A stretch of DNA of 64,000 nt. It comes from Flavobacteriales bacterium. Lineage in GTDB: Bacteria > Bacteroidota > Bacteroidia > Flavobacteriales_F > PHOS-HE28. Both the position numbers and the translations under genes were made by a program. Shown in pieces: positions 21,634-31,092 of the stretch. The stretch covers positions 55,956 to 119,955 of the forward strand of contig JAGPDT010000001.1 in assembly GCA_018057455.1 (NCBI GenBank), in the 5' to 3' direction. The first letter of the stretch is position 1. Each line of letters opens with the position of its first letter. The notes beneath the pieces are model-generated. The model did no database searches. It saw only the letters and a list, made by a program, of their open reading frames with translations, and was not told the DNA's origin.

Positions 21634-21792
21634 GTGCGACGCCCTTCGGGGTCGAACGCTATTCATCGTGTTATTGCTACGCTATGTGACCCCGTTGGGG
21701 TCAGCCAATGAGGTTCAATGGTGACCCTGAAATTGGTCACACAACGTAGGACCATTGCACCTAAAGGGAAACGACCCCGAAGGGTGTCGCAC
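21634..21792. other. Structured inverted-repeat element (~159 nt) with multiple hairpins; candidate small RNA or miniature palindromic element
   Basis: The 21-nt arms gtgcgacgcccttcggggtcg (21634-21654) and cgaccccgaagggtgtcgcac (21772-21792) are reverse complements with 1 mismatch. Each arm folds into a UUCG- or GAAG-capped hairpin. Internal perfect hairpins are tgacccc-gtt-ggggtca (21687-21703) and gtgacc-N8-ggtcac (21721-21740). The element lies in a 310-nt divergent intergenic region. Confidence 0.3.
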
Positions 21793-21878
21793 AGCATGGC
21801 ATAGACCACATTGAGAATAAGACGCGATAGCCCTGGCCCGGTGGGCTGGTCCGCGGCGTTGGTCCGTAGTTTGGCCGC

Positions 21879-22991
21879 ATGAAGCGGGGAACGATCAGCG
21901 CACTGTTGGCCATGGGCTGTATAATCATGGTGCACCAAGTGCGGGCCACGGAGTATGTGGTGCCCGCCAAGGGCGATGTGGGCAAGTGGTTCGCCCAATT
22001 GCCCGAGGATGCCACCGCGGTGGTGTTCTCCGCCGCCGAACGCTACTTCAGCCAGGGCGACATCGTTCTTCCTCCGCGGCGCATGCTGGTGATCGACGGC
22101 AAGGGGAGCCGCCTCTCGCTGGGGCCTGCCTCCAACGGCTTCACCTATGCCATCGCCAACATGCAGCAGGCCATGGAGCGCACCAATTGCCGGTACGTGA
22201 TCAAGGATTTCGCCGAGGTCCGCGGCGGGCGCAAGGCCATCGACCTGCAGGCCACCTTGGGCAGCGTGATCGAGAACCTCAACCTGGAGGCCCAAAGTGA
22301 AGTGGCCGTGGACCTGCGTTTCTGCCTGCTCACGCGCCTGCGCAACGTGCGGGTGACCAACCCGCGGGGCAAGGGCTTCGTGCTGCGCCAGGGCGATTGG
22401 GCCGGTGCGACCGGCACCAACAGCCAAAGCAACAGCAGCGTGCTGGAGCAATGCCGCGTGTACTGCGCGCCCTCCACCACGGCGGCCTTCACCATCCTCA
22501 ACAGCGGAGGGGTGCGCCTGGCGGATTGCGTGTCAGAAGGAGCGGAGGCCGACTACGACCTCTTCCTCAGCGCCACGTTGGACGGCGATGAGGGCCGGCC
22601 CGCGGGCAATCCCGTGGTGAAGTCGTTCATGCTGTCCAACTTCCATGTGGAGCACCAGGTGCGCAAGGCCTCCATCTATGTGAACATGCCGGCCAAGTCC
22701 GTGGTGGACCTGGAGAACGTGTATTGGAATGCACCCATGAAGGCACCGGTGGTGCTGTACACCATGGGGCAGTTGAACCTCTCCAACATCGGCTGGTGGA
22801 ACCCGGGATTCTGGATCGGTACGCGGATCAGCGCACCGCGCATCAGCATCAGCGGCGCACCCAGCGAGGCCGACCTGGACGAGCGCCGGACCAAAGGCCC
22901 GAAGGGGGGCCTGTTGCGGTTGGTGGATGCATTGCCCGGCAATACCGAACTGAAGCTGAACTATGTGCAGGTCCGCCGCAAGTCGATGTAG
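21879..22991 (+). CDS. Hypothetical secreted protein (370 aa)
   Basis: Signal peptide MKRGTISALLAMGCIIMVHQVRA. No family was recognised. Confidence 0.55.
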   Translation: MKRGTISALLAMGCIIMVHQVRATEYVVPAKGDVGKWFAQLPEDATAVVFSAAERYFSQGDIVLPPRRMLVIDGKGSRLSLGPASNGFTYAIANMQQAMERTNCRYVIKDFAEVRGGRKAIDLQATLGSVIENLNLEAQSEVAVDLRFCLLTRLRNVRVTNPRGKGFVLRQGDWAGATGTNSQSNSSVLEQCRVYCAPSTTAAFTILNSGGVRLADCVSEGAEADYDLFLSATLDGDEGRPAGNPVVKSFMLSNFHVEHQVRKASIYVNMPAKSVVDLENVYWNAPMKAPVVLYTMGQLNLSNIGWWNPGFWIGTRISAPRISISGAPSEADLDERRTKGPKGGLLRLVDALPGNTELKLNYVQVRRKSM

Positions 22992-22999
22992 CTCCCGGC

Positions 23000-23953
23000 T
23001 CAACCGTGGTACACGCGCGAGGCATTGATCAGGCCGTTGCCTATTTCAAGCACCTCGCCCACGCGCAGGTCGGCTTCACCTTCCACATGGCGGATGTACT
23101 CCATGAACACGGCCTGCCCGTCCGCGATCAGGTTCAGTGGTTCGTAGCGCAGCGAGGGCAACCTGTCGAACGCATCGCGCCACCAATCCCGCAGGGCTGC
23201 CTTGCCTTGCACCCAGCCTCCGGTCTCGGGCTTGCGGGCCTGGAGCTTGGGGCTGAAGTGGCGTGCATCATCGGCGTACAAGGCCAGCAAGGCCTCCAGG
23301 TGGTGTGCATTGAAGGCGGCGAACCAACGGCCTGCAACGGCCTCATTCCTGCGGGCCGGCTTCAGGGTGTCGAACGGGCCGATGGCCTTGGAGGCCGCAT
23401 CGTTGGCCCGATCCACCTGCGCATAGACCAGCGTGTCCTTGAATCTGCCTTGGTGGAAAGTGTCTTCACGGAAATGGGCTTCCTGTGAGAAACCGGTGCG
23501 TTCCAGCACGCGGATCGAACCGGTGTTCTCCGGGTCCACGCCCGCCTCCACACTGTGGAACCGCAGGGTCTCGAAGGCATGGCGCACCACGCAATGCACC
23601 GCTTCGCTCATCAATCCCCGGCCCCAATGCGCACGGATCATCGCATAGCCCAGTTCCGTGCGCAAGTCTTCCTTGCGCATGCGGAGCAGGCACACGATGC
23701 CGATCAATTCCGGTGAGGGGGCTTTGGTGATCGCCCAGGCGAGCATCTTCTCCGCGTGCTGGTCCGCCAGGATCTGTGCGATATGCGCCACGGCATCGGC
23801 CATGGTGCTGGCCACCGGGCGCGGTATGTGTGCCATGGTCTGGCGGTCGGACCGCAGGGTGAACACGGCAGGGGCGTCCGCCTCCGTGATGGGCCGGAGC
23901 ACGAGCCGTTCGGTGCGCAGCGTGGGGATGTTCCTGAAATCGAGGTTCAGCAT
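23000..23953 (-). CDS. GNAT N-acetyltransferase (RimL-like) fused to a C-terminal NTF2/SnoaL-like domain
   Basis: MLNLDFRNIPTLRTERLVLRPITEADAPAVF starts at internal M31. The C-terminal ~120 aa (WFAAFNAHHLEALLALYADDARHFSP...) resembles the NTF2-like/SnoaL fold. Confidence 0.75.
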   Translation of the reverse strand: MLNLDFRNIPTLRTERLVLRPITEADAPAVFTLRSDRQTMAHIPRPVASTMADAVAHIAQILADQHAEKMLAWAITKAPSPELIGIVCLLRMRKEDLRTELGYAMIRAHWGRGLMSEAVHCVVRHAFETLRFHSVEAGVDPENTGSIRVLERTGFSQEAHFREDTFHQGRFKDTLVYAQVDRANDAASKAIGPFDTLKPARRNEAVAGRWFAAFNAHHLEALLALYADDARHFSPKLQARKPETGGWVQGKAALRDWWRDAFDRLPSLRYEPLNLIADGQAVFMEYIRHVEGEADLRVGEVLEIGNGLINASRVYHG

Positions 23954-24069
23954 GGGGCGGGCGAAGGTATCCGCGCCTTGGGCCTGCTCAACGGTCGGTG
24001 CTGGAGCCGGGCAACGGTTCCCGACGCGCGGAGGCGACCGCACCAGGGAACCTGTTCCGGTGATGCGGA

Positions 24070-24531
24070 TCAGCGGGTCCGTTTCACCCGGTGGGTGCCC
24101 GGCTCGCTGCGTGCCGCTATGGACAACCGGTTCCAGGCATTGATCGTGGCGATGGCGCAGGTGAGGTCGGCGAGTTCCGTGTCGTTGAAGTGCGGCCGCA
24201 CGGCTTCATGGACGCTGTCCGGCACTTGGCCATCCGCCACCAGCGTCACGGCTTCCGTCCATGCCAGCGCGGCCCGCTCGCGGTCGCTGTACCATGGGCA
24301 TTCGCGCCAGGCGTCCAAGGAGTAGAGACGTTGTTCGGTTTGGCCAAGGGCGCGGAGGTCCTTCCAGTGCATGTCGATGCAGTAGGCGCATGCGTTGATC
24401 TGCGAGGCACGCAGCTTCACCAAGTGGATCAATGGGACCTCGATGGAGCAGTGGTGCAGGTGTTCTTCCAGCGCCATCATGGCCTTGTACACGCCCGGTG
24501 AAGCGGTGGATAGGTTGAATCTTGGTTGCAT
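24070..24531 (-). CDS. Carboxymuconolactone decarboxylase / AhpD-like family protein
   Basis: MQPRFNLSTASPGVYKAMMALEEH starts at internal M34. An AhpD-core CxxHC-like motif (ACAYCIDMH) is present, and the ~150-aa size fits the family. Confidence 0.75.
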   Translation of the reverse strand: MQPRFNLSTASPGVYKAMMALEEHLHHCSIEVPLIHLVKLRASQINACAYCIDMHWKDLRALGQTEQRLYSLDAWRECPWYSDRERAALAWTEAVTLVADGQVPDSVHEAVRPHFNDTELADLTCAIATINAWNRLSIAARSEPGTHRVKRTR

Positions 24532-24626
24532 TGGTTGAAGGAGATAGGAGCACGAAGGTACCGTGGTATGGTCCGGATCGCCGGGGGAGCCCGGCCGTCC
24601 GGTGCCTTTCCGTTCACGCACCAGCG

Positions 24627-25157
24627 TCAAAACACCACGCGGAACACCATCACCGGCTCACCGCGGTGCGTGCCCAGTCGCTCCAACTCCATGCCGTTCC
24701 GCCTGGCCACGGCTTGGCTGGCGAAATTCCCCGGGTCGATCAACGAGACCACCGAAGGGGCCAATGCATGCCGTATCACGAAAGCCTTGCAGGCCATGGC
24801 CGCTTCCGTTGCGTAGCCATGCCCCCATGCAGACGGTAGCAGGTGGTAGCCGATCTCCAACTCCGCGACGCCATCAACCTCCTGCGTCAACAGGCCGATC
24901 ATGCCCACCGGCTTGTTGGTGCCATGGTCGGTGATCACGTTCAGGCAGGAGCCGTCGCGTGCAATGCGGTCCAGCGAGCGCTGGATGAAGAATTCGCAAT
25001 CCGCCTTGCTGCCCACGGTGAACGGCATGAAGCGGATGGCCTCGGCGTTGTCCAGGTATTCCATCCACCAGGAGCAGTCTTCCATGACTGGATGACGGAA
25101 GGCGAGGCGTTCGGTGGTAACCCCTTCCATGGAGGGAATGGGGAGGTTGACGGGCAT
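24627..25157 (-). CDS. GNAT-family N-acetyltransferase
   Basis: Length is 176 aa. The acetyl-CoA binding region (AWGHGYATEAAMACKAFV) fits the GNAT fold, and this is the third GNAT in the local cluster. Confidence 0.75.
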   Translation of the reverse strand: MPVNLPIPSMEGVTTERLAFRHPVMEDCSWWMEYLDNAEAIRFMPFTVGSKADCEFFIQRSLDRIARDGSCLNVITDHGTNKPVGMIGLLTQEVDGVAELEIGYHLLPSAWGHGYATEAAMACKAFVIRHALAPSVVSLIDPGNFASQAVARRNGMELERLGTHRGEPVMVFRVVF

Positions 25158-25298
25158 ATTGTTGTAGTTGGGATAGGCCGGAGGCCTTCAATGAGTACTA
25201 TGATCGCGACACACGCGAGCTCGGACCGGGGGAGAATTCAAGACGAAGGCATCAGGTTCTGCGAGCGGTTCGCGATCAATGCACGCGCCGACACAGGT

Positions 25299-25784
25299 TC
25301 ATGCCGGATCAGGAAAGTCCAATTCACCCAGCACCTCGCTCGGTGGTTTCCGGACCGAGAGGATCCCGAACTTCGGTGAGAGCCCGGCTTCACACAGCCG
25401 ATCGAACTTTTTTCTGTACCCTTCGTCGGCGGTGAGGAAATGGCTTACATCGGGCGTTGCATCAGCCTGTGCGAACAATTTCGTGTCGTTGGCGATAAGC
25501 AAGCGCTCGCCCGGAGCAGCAGCTTGCCCGCGGAATGCCGCACGGAACTTTCCGGCGCGAATGGCATGTTCCACATTGAAAGGCAGCATCTTCAAGTATT
25601 TCAAAGGCAATTGATCAATGGTGCCTCCTACGCAGAACTCCGCCACCACGATCGTGGAGAGGTACATGGGCAATTGATGGTCCACCAGATGTTTGAAGAA
25701 GCCATCGGCATTGCGGAATAGCGGATCGGATTCGTTGAGGAACCGCAGGAAGAAGCTGGTGTCCAGCAGCACGCCTTTAAGCAT
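25299..25784 (-). CDS. PIN-domain ribonuclease (VapC-like toxin)
   Basis: MLKGVLLDTSFFLRFL starts at internal M14. The conserved acidic residues D8, E (VVAEF) and D (ANDTKLFAQAD) are present. The start overlaps the stop of the upstream gene by 8 nt. Confidence 0.7.
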   Translation of the reverse strand: MLKGVLLDTSFFLRFLNESDPLFRNADGFFKHLVDHQLPMYLSTIVVAEFCVGGTIDQLPLKYLKMLPFNVEHAIRAGKFRAAFRGQAAAPGERLLIANDTKLFAQADATPDVSHFLTADEGYRKKFDRLCEAGLSPKFGILSVRKPPSEVLGELDFPDPA

Positions 25785-26553
25785 CGGCACCACGGATATC
25801 GTCCAACCAGGCATCCGGGTCAATGCCCTTGAGCCACGGGGAGGCTTTCTTTCTGAGCTGATCGAAATAGGCCTTGTCGAAGCGGGCCTGATGGTCGATC
25901 AACTCGATGAACCGGACGGCATTACGGTCCACTTCGCCCGTGGACATGTTCTGCTTTCCAAGCACGCGCAGGCCGTACGGTTTGTAGATGATGCTTTCCT
26001 TCAGGTCCGCAATGGTCTGCTTGGGCGTTTGGACAATGAAAACGCCCTTGCCCGGAACCGATACATGGATGTTGGCCTTTTCCTTTCCGCCCGCATCGAT
26101 CACTTCCCCATACAGGTACAATTCAACCTCTACCCACACATCATCGGTTCGCTTGAACAGGGTTTCGCGGTCCACCACGAGCTTGGCGCTATTGGTCAGC
26201 CCGGTGGATAAAGTGAAAGCCCAGCCCTTCTTGATCGCCTCGTTCTGCATGGCCTCAATGGCCGAGGCGGTGCGCACTTCCAGGAAATCGATGTTCTGCT
26301 GCTGTTGCACCTGGCCCAACACCGCGTTGAAGGCGATCACTGTTTGCATGCTGGTGGTGAAGATGTTCCTCACCGAGCCTTCCTCGTTGCGATACCCGAT
26401 GGTGGGCCGGTCCTTTCGCTCGCCGGGGAAGAGCAGGTCTTCAACGCGTGCCAGCAGGTCCTTCAGCTCGCGAATGTCGATGACCTCCGGGGTGAGCTTC
26501 AACGCGCCTGCATGGCCCTCCATGCGGATCTCTATGGTGCCGGTCTTTTCCAC
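25777..26553 (-). CDS. Hypothetical protein (258 aa) immediately upstream of, and overlapping, the PIN gene; candidate cognate partner
   Basis: The ORF is intact with protein-like composition. No family was recognised. A possible R-x6-H HEPN-like motif (RFIELIDH) occurs near the C-terminus. Confidence 0.5.
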   Translation of the reverse strand: MEKTGTIEIRMEGHAGALKLTPEVIDIRELKDLLARVEDLLFPGERKDRPTIGYRNEEGSVRNIFTTSMQTVIAFNAVLGQVQQQQNIDFLEVRTASAIEAMQNEAIKKGWAFTLSTGLTNSAKLVVDRETLFKRTDDVWVEVELYLYGEVIDAGGKEKANIHVSVPGKGVFIVQTPKQTIADLKESIIYKPYGLRVLGKQNMSTGEVDRNAVRFIELIDHQARFDKAYFDQLRKKASPWLKGIDPDAWLDDIRGADA

Positions 26554-26662
26554 GGATCAAAGGTAGGAGCGGATACAGATGTGCTCGGGGCGAAAACGCG
26601 AGCGCGTGCTTGGGGGTGTGGCGTGGTCAAATGAACCGCAGTCCCTGTGCCCTTCTGCCAGT

Positions 26663-29047
26663 TCACTCCTTCACCATCCCCAACACGGCTTCCACCACAT
26701 CCTCCACGCTGGGCTTGCTGAAATAATCCCCGTCCGTGCCATACGCGGGGCGGTGGGCTTTGGCGGTCAGGGTGGCGGGCGCGCTGTCCAACCAGCGGTA
26801 GCCGCCTTGCACTTGCAGCACCTGTTGCAGGATGTAGGCGCTGGCGCCGCCGGGCACGTCCTCGTCCACCACCAGCAGGCGGCTGGTCTTCTTCAGGCTT
26901 TCCACGATGCGGTGTTGGCGGTCGAAGGGCAGCAGCGTGCGCGCATCGATCATCTCCACCTGGATGCCGAGTTTGGATAGGCGGTCGGCGGCGTGCAGGC
27001 AAAGGTTGAGGGTGCTGCCGTAGCTCACCAGGGTGAGGTCTCCGCCTTCGCGCACCACTTCGGGGATGCCTATGGGCACGGTGAATTCGCCGAGGTTGCT
27101 GGGCAAGCGTTCCTTGCTGCGGTAGCCGTTGAGGCATTCGATCACCAGCGCGGGATCGTCGCTTTGGATGAGCGTGTTGTACATGCCGGCGGCCTGCTGC
27201 ATGTTGCGCGGCACGCACACCACCATGCCACGCAGACTGCTGAGTACCATGCCCATGGGGCTGCCGCTGTGCCAAACACCTTCGAGCCGGTGGCCACGGG
27301 TGCGCACGATCAGCGGGGCCTTTTGCCCGCCCTTGGTGCGCCATTGCAGGGTGGCGAGGTCGTCGCTCAACACTTGGAGGGCGTAGAGCAGGTAGTCCAG
27401 GTATTGGATCTCCGCCACGGGGCGCAGGCCGCGCAGGGCCATGCCGATGCCTTGGCCGATGATGGTGTTCTCGCGGATGCCCACGTCGGTGATACGAAGT
27501 TCTCCGAAGCGCCCCTGCAGGCCTTCCAGGCCTTGGTTCACGTCGCCGATGCCGCCGGTGTCCTCGCCGAAGGTGAGCAGCAACGGTTCCTTTTCGAAGA
27601 GTGCGGCGAAGTTGTCGCGGATGATGATGCGGCCGTCCACCTCTTCGTCACCGTTGTATTCCACCGGCACTTCGGGGACGTTCAGGCAGCTCTTGGCGCT
27701 TTGGCTGAAGAGGTGGCTGCCGTAGCGTTCGGCGTTGGCGGCCATCGCGTGGTCCAACCAGGCTTGCAGGTCTTCCGTTGAGGCATGCGCCGAGCGCCCG
27801 GCGATCAACGCCCGGCGGGCAATGCCGAGGATGTCTTTGCGGCCGGGGTCCAACGCGCTGCGCAATTCCTGGGCGAGGGCCGTGGTTTCGCCGGTGCCCA
27901 TCGCCTCCACAAGCTCGGTCACTTCCTGGCGCTCCGCATGGATGGGCGCGAGGAATGCGGCCCATGCGGCCTTTTGGGCGGCGCGGGCATCGGCCTTGGC
28001 CTTGGCTTGGATGGCGTCCAGTTCCTCCACCGAGGCGATGGGGATGCCGCCCGGCTTGAAGGCGAGGATGAACTCGCGGAAGCGCACGTTGCAATCGGCG
28101 GTCTTGTACCACTCCAACAGTTCCTTGCTCTTGTAGCGCTCATGGCTGCCACTGGTGCTGTGCCCCTGCGGCTGGGTGATCTCCTCCACGTGGATCAGGC
28201 AGGGCACATGTTCCTCGCGGCATTGGGCGATGGCTTGCTCGTAGGTCTTGTTCAGCGCGGCATAGTCCCAGCCCTTCACCTTATGGATGCGGAGGCCATT
28301 GGTGCCTTCCTGCTTTTCAAAACCCTTGAGCAGGGTGCTGATGCTGCCCTTGGTGGTCTGGTATTGCTTGCTTACGCTGATGCCCCAGCCATCGTCCCAT
28401 ACGCTCACGGCCATGGGCACCTGCAGCACCCCGGCTGCATTGATCGTTTCCCAGAAGGGTCCTTCGCTGGTGCTGGCGTCGCCGATGGTGCCGAAAGCCA
28501 CTTCGTTGCCTCTGTCGCTGAACCGCGTGTAGCCGTGCAGGGCCTCGTTCTGCCGGAACATCTTGCTGGCCTGTGCGAGGCCGAGCAGGCGCGGCATTTG
28601 GCCGGCGGTGGGGGAGATGTCCGCGCTGGAATTGCACTGTGAGGCAAGGTCCTTCCACTCGCCGTCGGCGTCGAGGCTGCGCGTGGCGAAGTGGCCGTTC
28701 ATCTGGCGGCCTGCGCTGGCGGGCTCCGCGTCCACGTCCGCATGCGCATACAGCTGCGCGAACCATTGCTGCACGGTGAGCTCCCCGATGGCGAACATGA
28801 AGGTCATGTCGCGGTAGTAGCCGCTGCGCCAATCGCCGGGGCGGAACTGCTTGGCCATGCACACCTGGGCCAGTTCCTTGCCATCGCCGAAGATGCCGAA
28901 CTTGGCCTTGCCGGTGAGCACTTCCTTGCGGCCCAGCAGGCTGGCCTCTCGGCTCAGGCACACCAGTTGGTAGTCGCGGAGGATCTCTTCCTTCAGTTCA
29001 TGCAAAGTGATGCTTTCGTCGGTGGGGGAGGTCCGGTCTAATGGCAT
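26663..29047 (-). CDS. Thiamine-diphosphate-dependent 2-oxoacid dehydrogenase E1 component, fused alpha/beta subunits
   Basis: MPLDRTSPTDESITLHELKEE starts at internal M62. The product is ~794 aa, with an N-terminal E1-alpha TPP-binding region and a C-terminal E1-beta/transketolase-like region (…VVDEDVPGGASAYILQQV…). Confidence 0.88.
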   Translation of the reverse strand: MPLDRTSPTDESITLHELKEEILRDYQLVCLSREASLLGRKEVLTGKAKFGIFGDGKELAQVCMAKQFRPGDWRSGYYRDMTFMFAIGELTVQQWFAQLYAHADVDAEPASAGRQMNGHFATRSLDADGEWKDLASQCNSSADISPTAGQMPRLLGLAQASKMFRQNEALHGYTRFSDRGNEVAFGTIGDASTSEGPFWETINAAGVLQVPMAVSVWDDGWGISVSKQYQTTKGSISTLLKGFEKQEGTNGLRIHKVKGWDYAALNKTYEQAIAQCREEHVPCLIHVEEITQPQGHSTSGSHERYKSKELLEWYKTADCNVRFREFILAFKPGGIPIASVEELDAIQAKAKADARAAQKAAWAAFLAPIHAERQEVTELVEAMGTGETTALAQELRSALDPGRKDILGIARRALIAGRSAHASTEDLQAWLDHAMAANAERYGSHLFSQSAKSCLNVPEVPVEYNGDEEVDGRIIIRDNFAALFEKEPLLLTFGEDTGGIGDVNQGLEGLQGRFGELRITDVGIRENTIIGQGIGMALRGLRPVAEIQYLDYLLYALQVLSDDLATLQWRTKGGQKAPLIVRTRGHRLEGVWHSGSPMGMVLSSLRGMVVCVPRNMQQAAGMYNTLIQSDDPALVIECLNGYRSKERLPSNLGEFTVPIGIPEVVREGGDLTLVSYGSTLNLCLHAADRLSKLGIQVEMIDARTLLPFDRQHRIVESLKKTSRLLVVDEDVPGGASAYILQQVLQVQGGYRWLDSAPATLTAKAHRPAYGTDGDYFSKPSVEDVVEAVLGMVKE

Positions 29048-29235
29048 AATGGCGTTGGAATGCGTGCGAGGCGAAGGTAACGGGCAGCCGCCGAACCCGG
29101 GCCGCGGGCCCCTTCCCGGCCAGGGCCGGAGGGGCGGTGGCGGAAGGAAACAGGCCGGTGGTTGCCGATGGTCACGCTTTTGTAAGACCTTTGCCGCGCG
29201 GAACGGTCCGCGCAAAACCATCAACATCACATTCC

Positions 29236-29736
29236 ATGTACCAAGCCATGACGATCACCAAAGCCTTGATGCCCCTGGGCATCGCCCTGCTGTTGGCCTC
29301 CTGCGGGGGCGAAGCACCGGGCACCAACCCTGCTGCACCGGCGGCCACCCCTGAAACGGCTGCCCCGCCTGCGGCCGCCCCTGCCGAGGCAACGGCCACC
29401 ACGGCCTACCCGGCGGGCTTCATCCAGCCGGGCGACATCGTGCTCGGTGACAAGATCGACGAGGGCATGGTGGCCGAGGCCAACAAGATCTTCGATACCA
29501 AATGCCACGTGTGCCACAGCAAGACCGACCAGAAGGTGGTGGGCCCCGGCTGGAAAGGCGTGATCAACGAGCGCAAGCCCGAGTGGATCATGAACATGAT
29601 GCTGCACACCCAGTGGATGGTGGAGAACGATGCCGATGCACAGGCCTTGGTGGAAGAGACCAAGACGGTGATGCCGGACCAGCAGCTCACCAAGGAGCAG
29701 GCCCGTGCCATGCTGGAGCTGATCCGTACGTTGTGA
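29236..29736 (+). CDS. c-type cytochrome lipoprotein (class I, one CxxCH site)
   Basis: The lipobox is LLLASCGG, followed by an Ala/Pro/Thr-rich linker and the heme-binding site CHVCH. It is a paralog of 31159..31656, sharing VVGPGW...RKPEW.MNM.LHT. Confidence 0.8.
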   Translation: MYQAMTITKALMPLGIALLLASCGGEAPGTNPAAPAATPETAAPPAAAPAEATATTAYPAGFIQPGDIVLGDKIDEGMVAEANKIFDTKCHVCHSKTDQKVVGPGWKGVINERKPEWIMNMMLHTQWMVENDADAQALVEETKTVMPDQQLTKEQARAMLELIRTL

Positions 29737-29802
29737 GCGCAAGCCCTAGGCAAGCAAGAGGCCGGCCCACCGTGGGCCGGCCTCTTGCCATTACTGGCGG
29801 GA

Positions 29803-31032
29803 TCACGGCTTGATGGCCGCGGCCAGCTCGGCCTCCTTGCGCATCTTCCAGGAATGGCCCAGCAGCACGAAGATGCCCACGGGCAACAACAGCGACACCA
29901 GAAGGATGATCCAGTAGTAGCCGGGGATCATGCCCCAGCCCGCCCAAAAGGAGAGGCCTTGGATGAACAACACCCCCTCCATCAGCAGCATGCCGCTGGT
30001 GAAGGTGGCCAGGCCGATGCGGGCCACGGCCGAAGTGCTGATGAACCAGCCGCGCAGCAGCGCCATGGCGAACAACATCATGCTGATCACGCCCAAGGTG
30101 TTCAGGTGCACGAAGCCGACCACGTAGTTGCGCACGGTGAACGCCATGATGGCCACCTCGGGGATCGCCACGGCGGCCTGCATCAACACCTTCAGGCCCA
30201 TGGCCGCCAAGGAGTACGTAACGCAACGCCAGGCCCACAACGGAGCTTTGTCATGCAGCATTTTCTGGGCCCCCAAGATGGCCCGGGCGGTACGCCAACC
30301 GGCCGCCAATTGAAGCACCACGCCGATGGAGTTGGTGGCGTACACGGCCCAATGGTGTTCGCTCCAGGCTATGGCCAAGGCGAAGGTGAGCACCACGGAG
30401 ACCAGCCAGAGGCGGATGGTGATGCGGTCCATGACATGGCGTGCACCATGGGTCTCCGCCCACCTGCTCCACAAGGCCAAGGCACCGAACCAGAACCAGC
30501 CGTTGAGCTGGAAGTGCAGGTAGAACTGGATGGACCAGTAGTACAGCTCCGTGCCGAAGCCGCCATTGGCGATGATCAGGCCGGTGGCCCACACCCCCAG
30601 GGTTGAAACGAACATCAGCACCACGGCGATGCGGGCCAGCAAGCGGCTTCCGTTGGCCCGCCAGGTGCGTGTGGCCTTCCAGACCTGTAAGCACAGCACG
30701 TAGCTCGCCAGCATGTGCAGCACCGATACCGTGATCGTGAAGGGGCCATAGCTCTGCACGGGAAAGCCCAGGAGCATGCCCACCACGGCCACTTGGGCCG
30801 TGACCAGCATGGCCAAGCTCAGGCGCGAAGGGCCCTTGGGGGTTTCATCGCGCAGCAGGAACACCACCATGGCAATGAAAGCCCAGCCCAACATGGCCAC
30901 GTGGGAGTGGGCATTGAGCAGGGCCTTGAAACGGACAAAGGGGATCTCCCAGATGTAGATGGCGCGCAGTACGCAGCCCACCAGGCCGGCGATCCCGAAG
31001 TTGAACAGGGCAATATTGTACCAACGTTGCAT
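29803..31032 (-). CDS. Polytopic membrane protein (~12 TM, conserved His), possibly an NnrS-family protein
   Basis: About 410 aa from internal M33, highly hydrophobic with His-containing helices. It sits on the opposite strand inside the nos cluster. The family assignment is tentative. Confidence 0.5.
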   Translation of the reverse strand: MQRWYNIALFNFGIAGLVGCVLRAIYIWEIPFVRFKALLNAHSHVAMLGWAFIAMVVFLLRDETPKGPSRLSLAMLVTAQVAVVGMLLGFPVQSYGPFTITVSVLHMLASYVLCLQVWKATRTWRANGSRLLARIAVVLMFVSTLGVWATGLIIANGGFGTELYYWSIQFYLHFQLNGWFWFGALALWSRWAETHGARHVMDRITIRLWLVSVVLTFALAIAWSEHHWAVYATNSIGVVLQLAAGWRTARAILGAQKMLHDKAPLWAWRCVTYSLAAMGLKVLMQAAVAIPEVAIMAFTVRNYVVGFVHLNTLGVISMMLFAMALLRGWFISTSAVARIGLATFTSGMLLMEGVLFIQGLSFWAGWGMIPGYYWIILLVSLLLPVGIFVLLGHSWKMRKEAELAAAIKP

Positions 31033-31092
31033 GTGGCTGCGAAGTTGGGTACAAGCCGGGAATGGGCGCGGCTGATCATTCTCACGGCCGTT

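Noticed and set aside
21867-21873. TAGTTTG Bacteroidota -7-like promoter element 5 nt before the ATG of the 21879 gene
   Set aside because: It is too close to the annotated start codon to be used with that start. Either coincidental, or the true start is a downstream Met. Not enough evidence to call.
29196-29220. GC-rich hairpin ttgccgcgcggaacggtccgcgcaa, and a TTGCC-N4-GTCAC half-palindrome, upstream of the first cytochrome c gene
   Set aside because: It does not match the TGAC-N4-GTCA box found before the second cytochrome, and its spacing to the -7-like TTTG does not fit an activator site. It is probably just a 5' hairpin.
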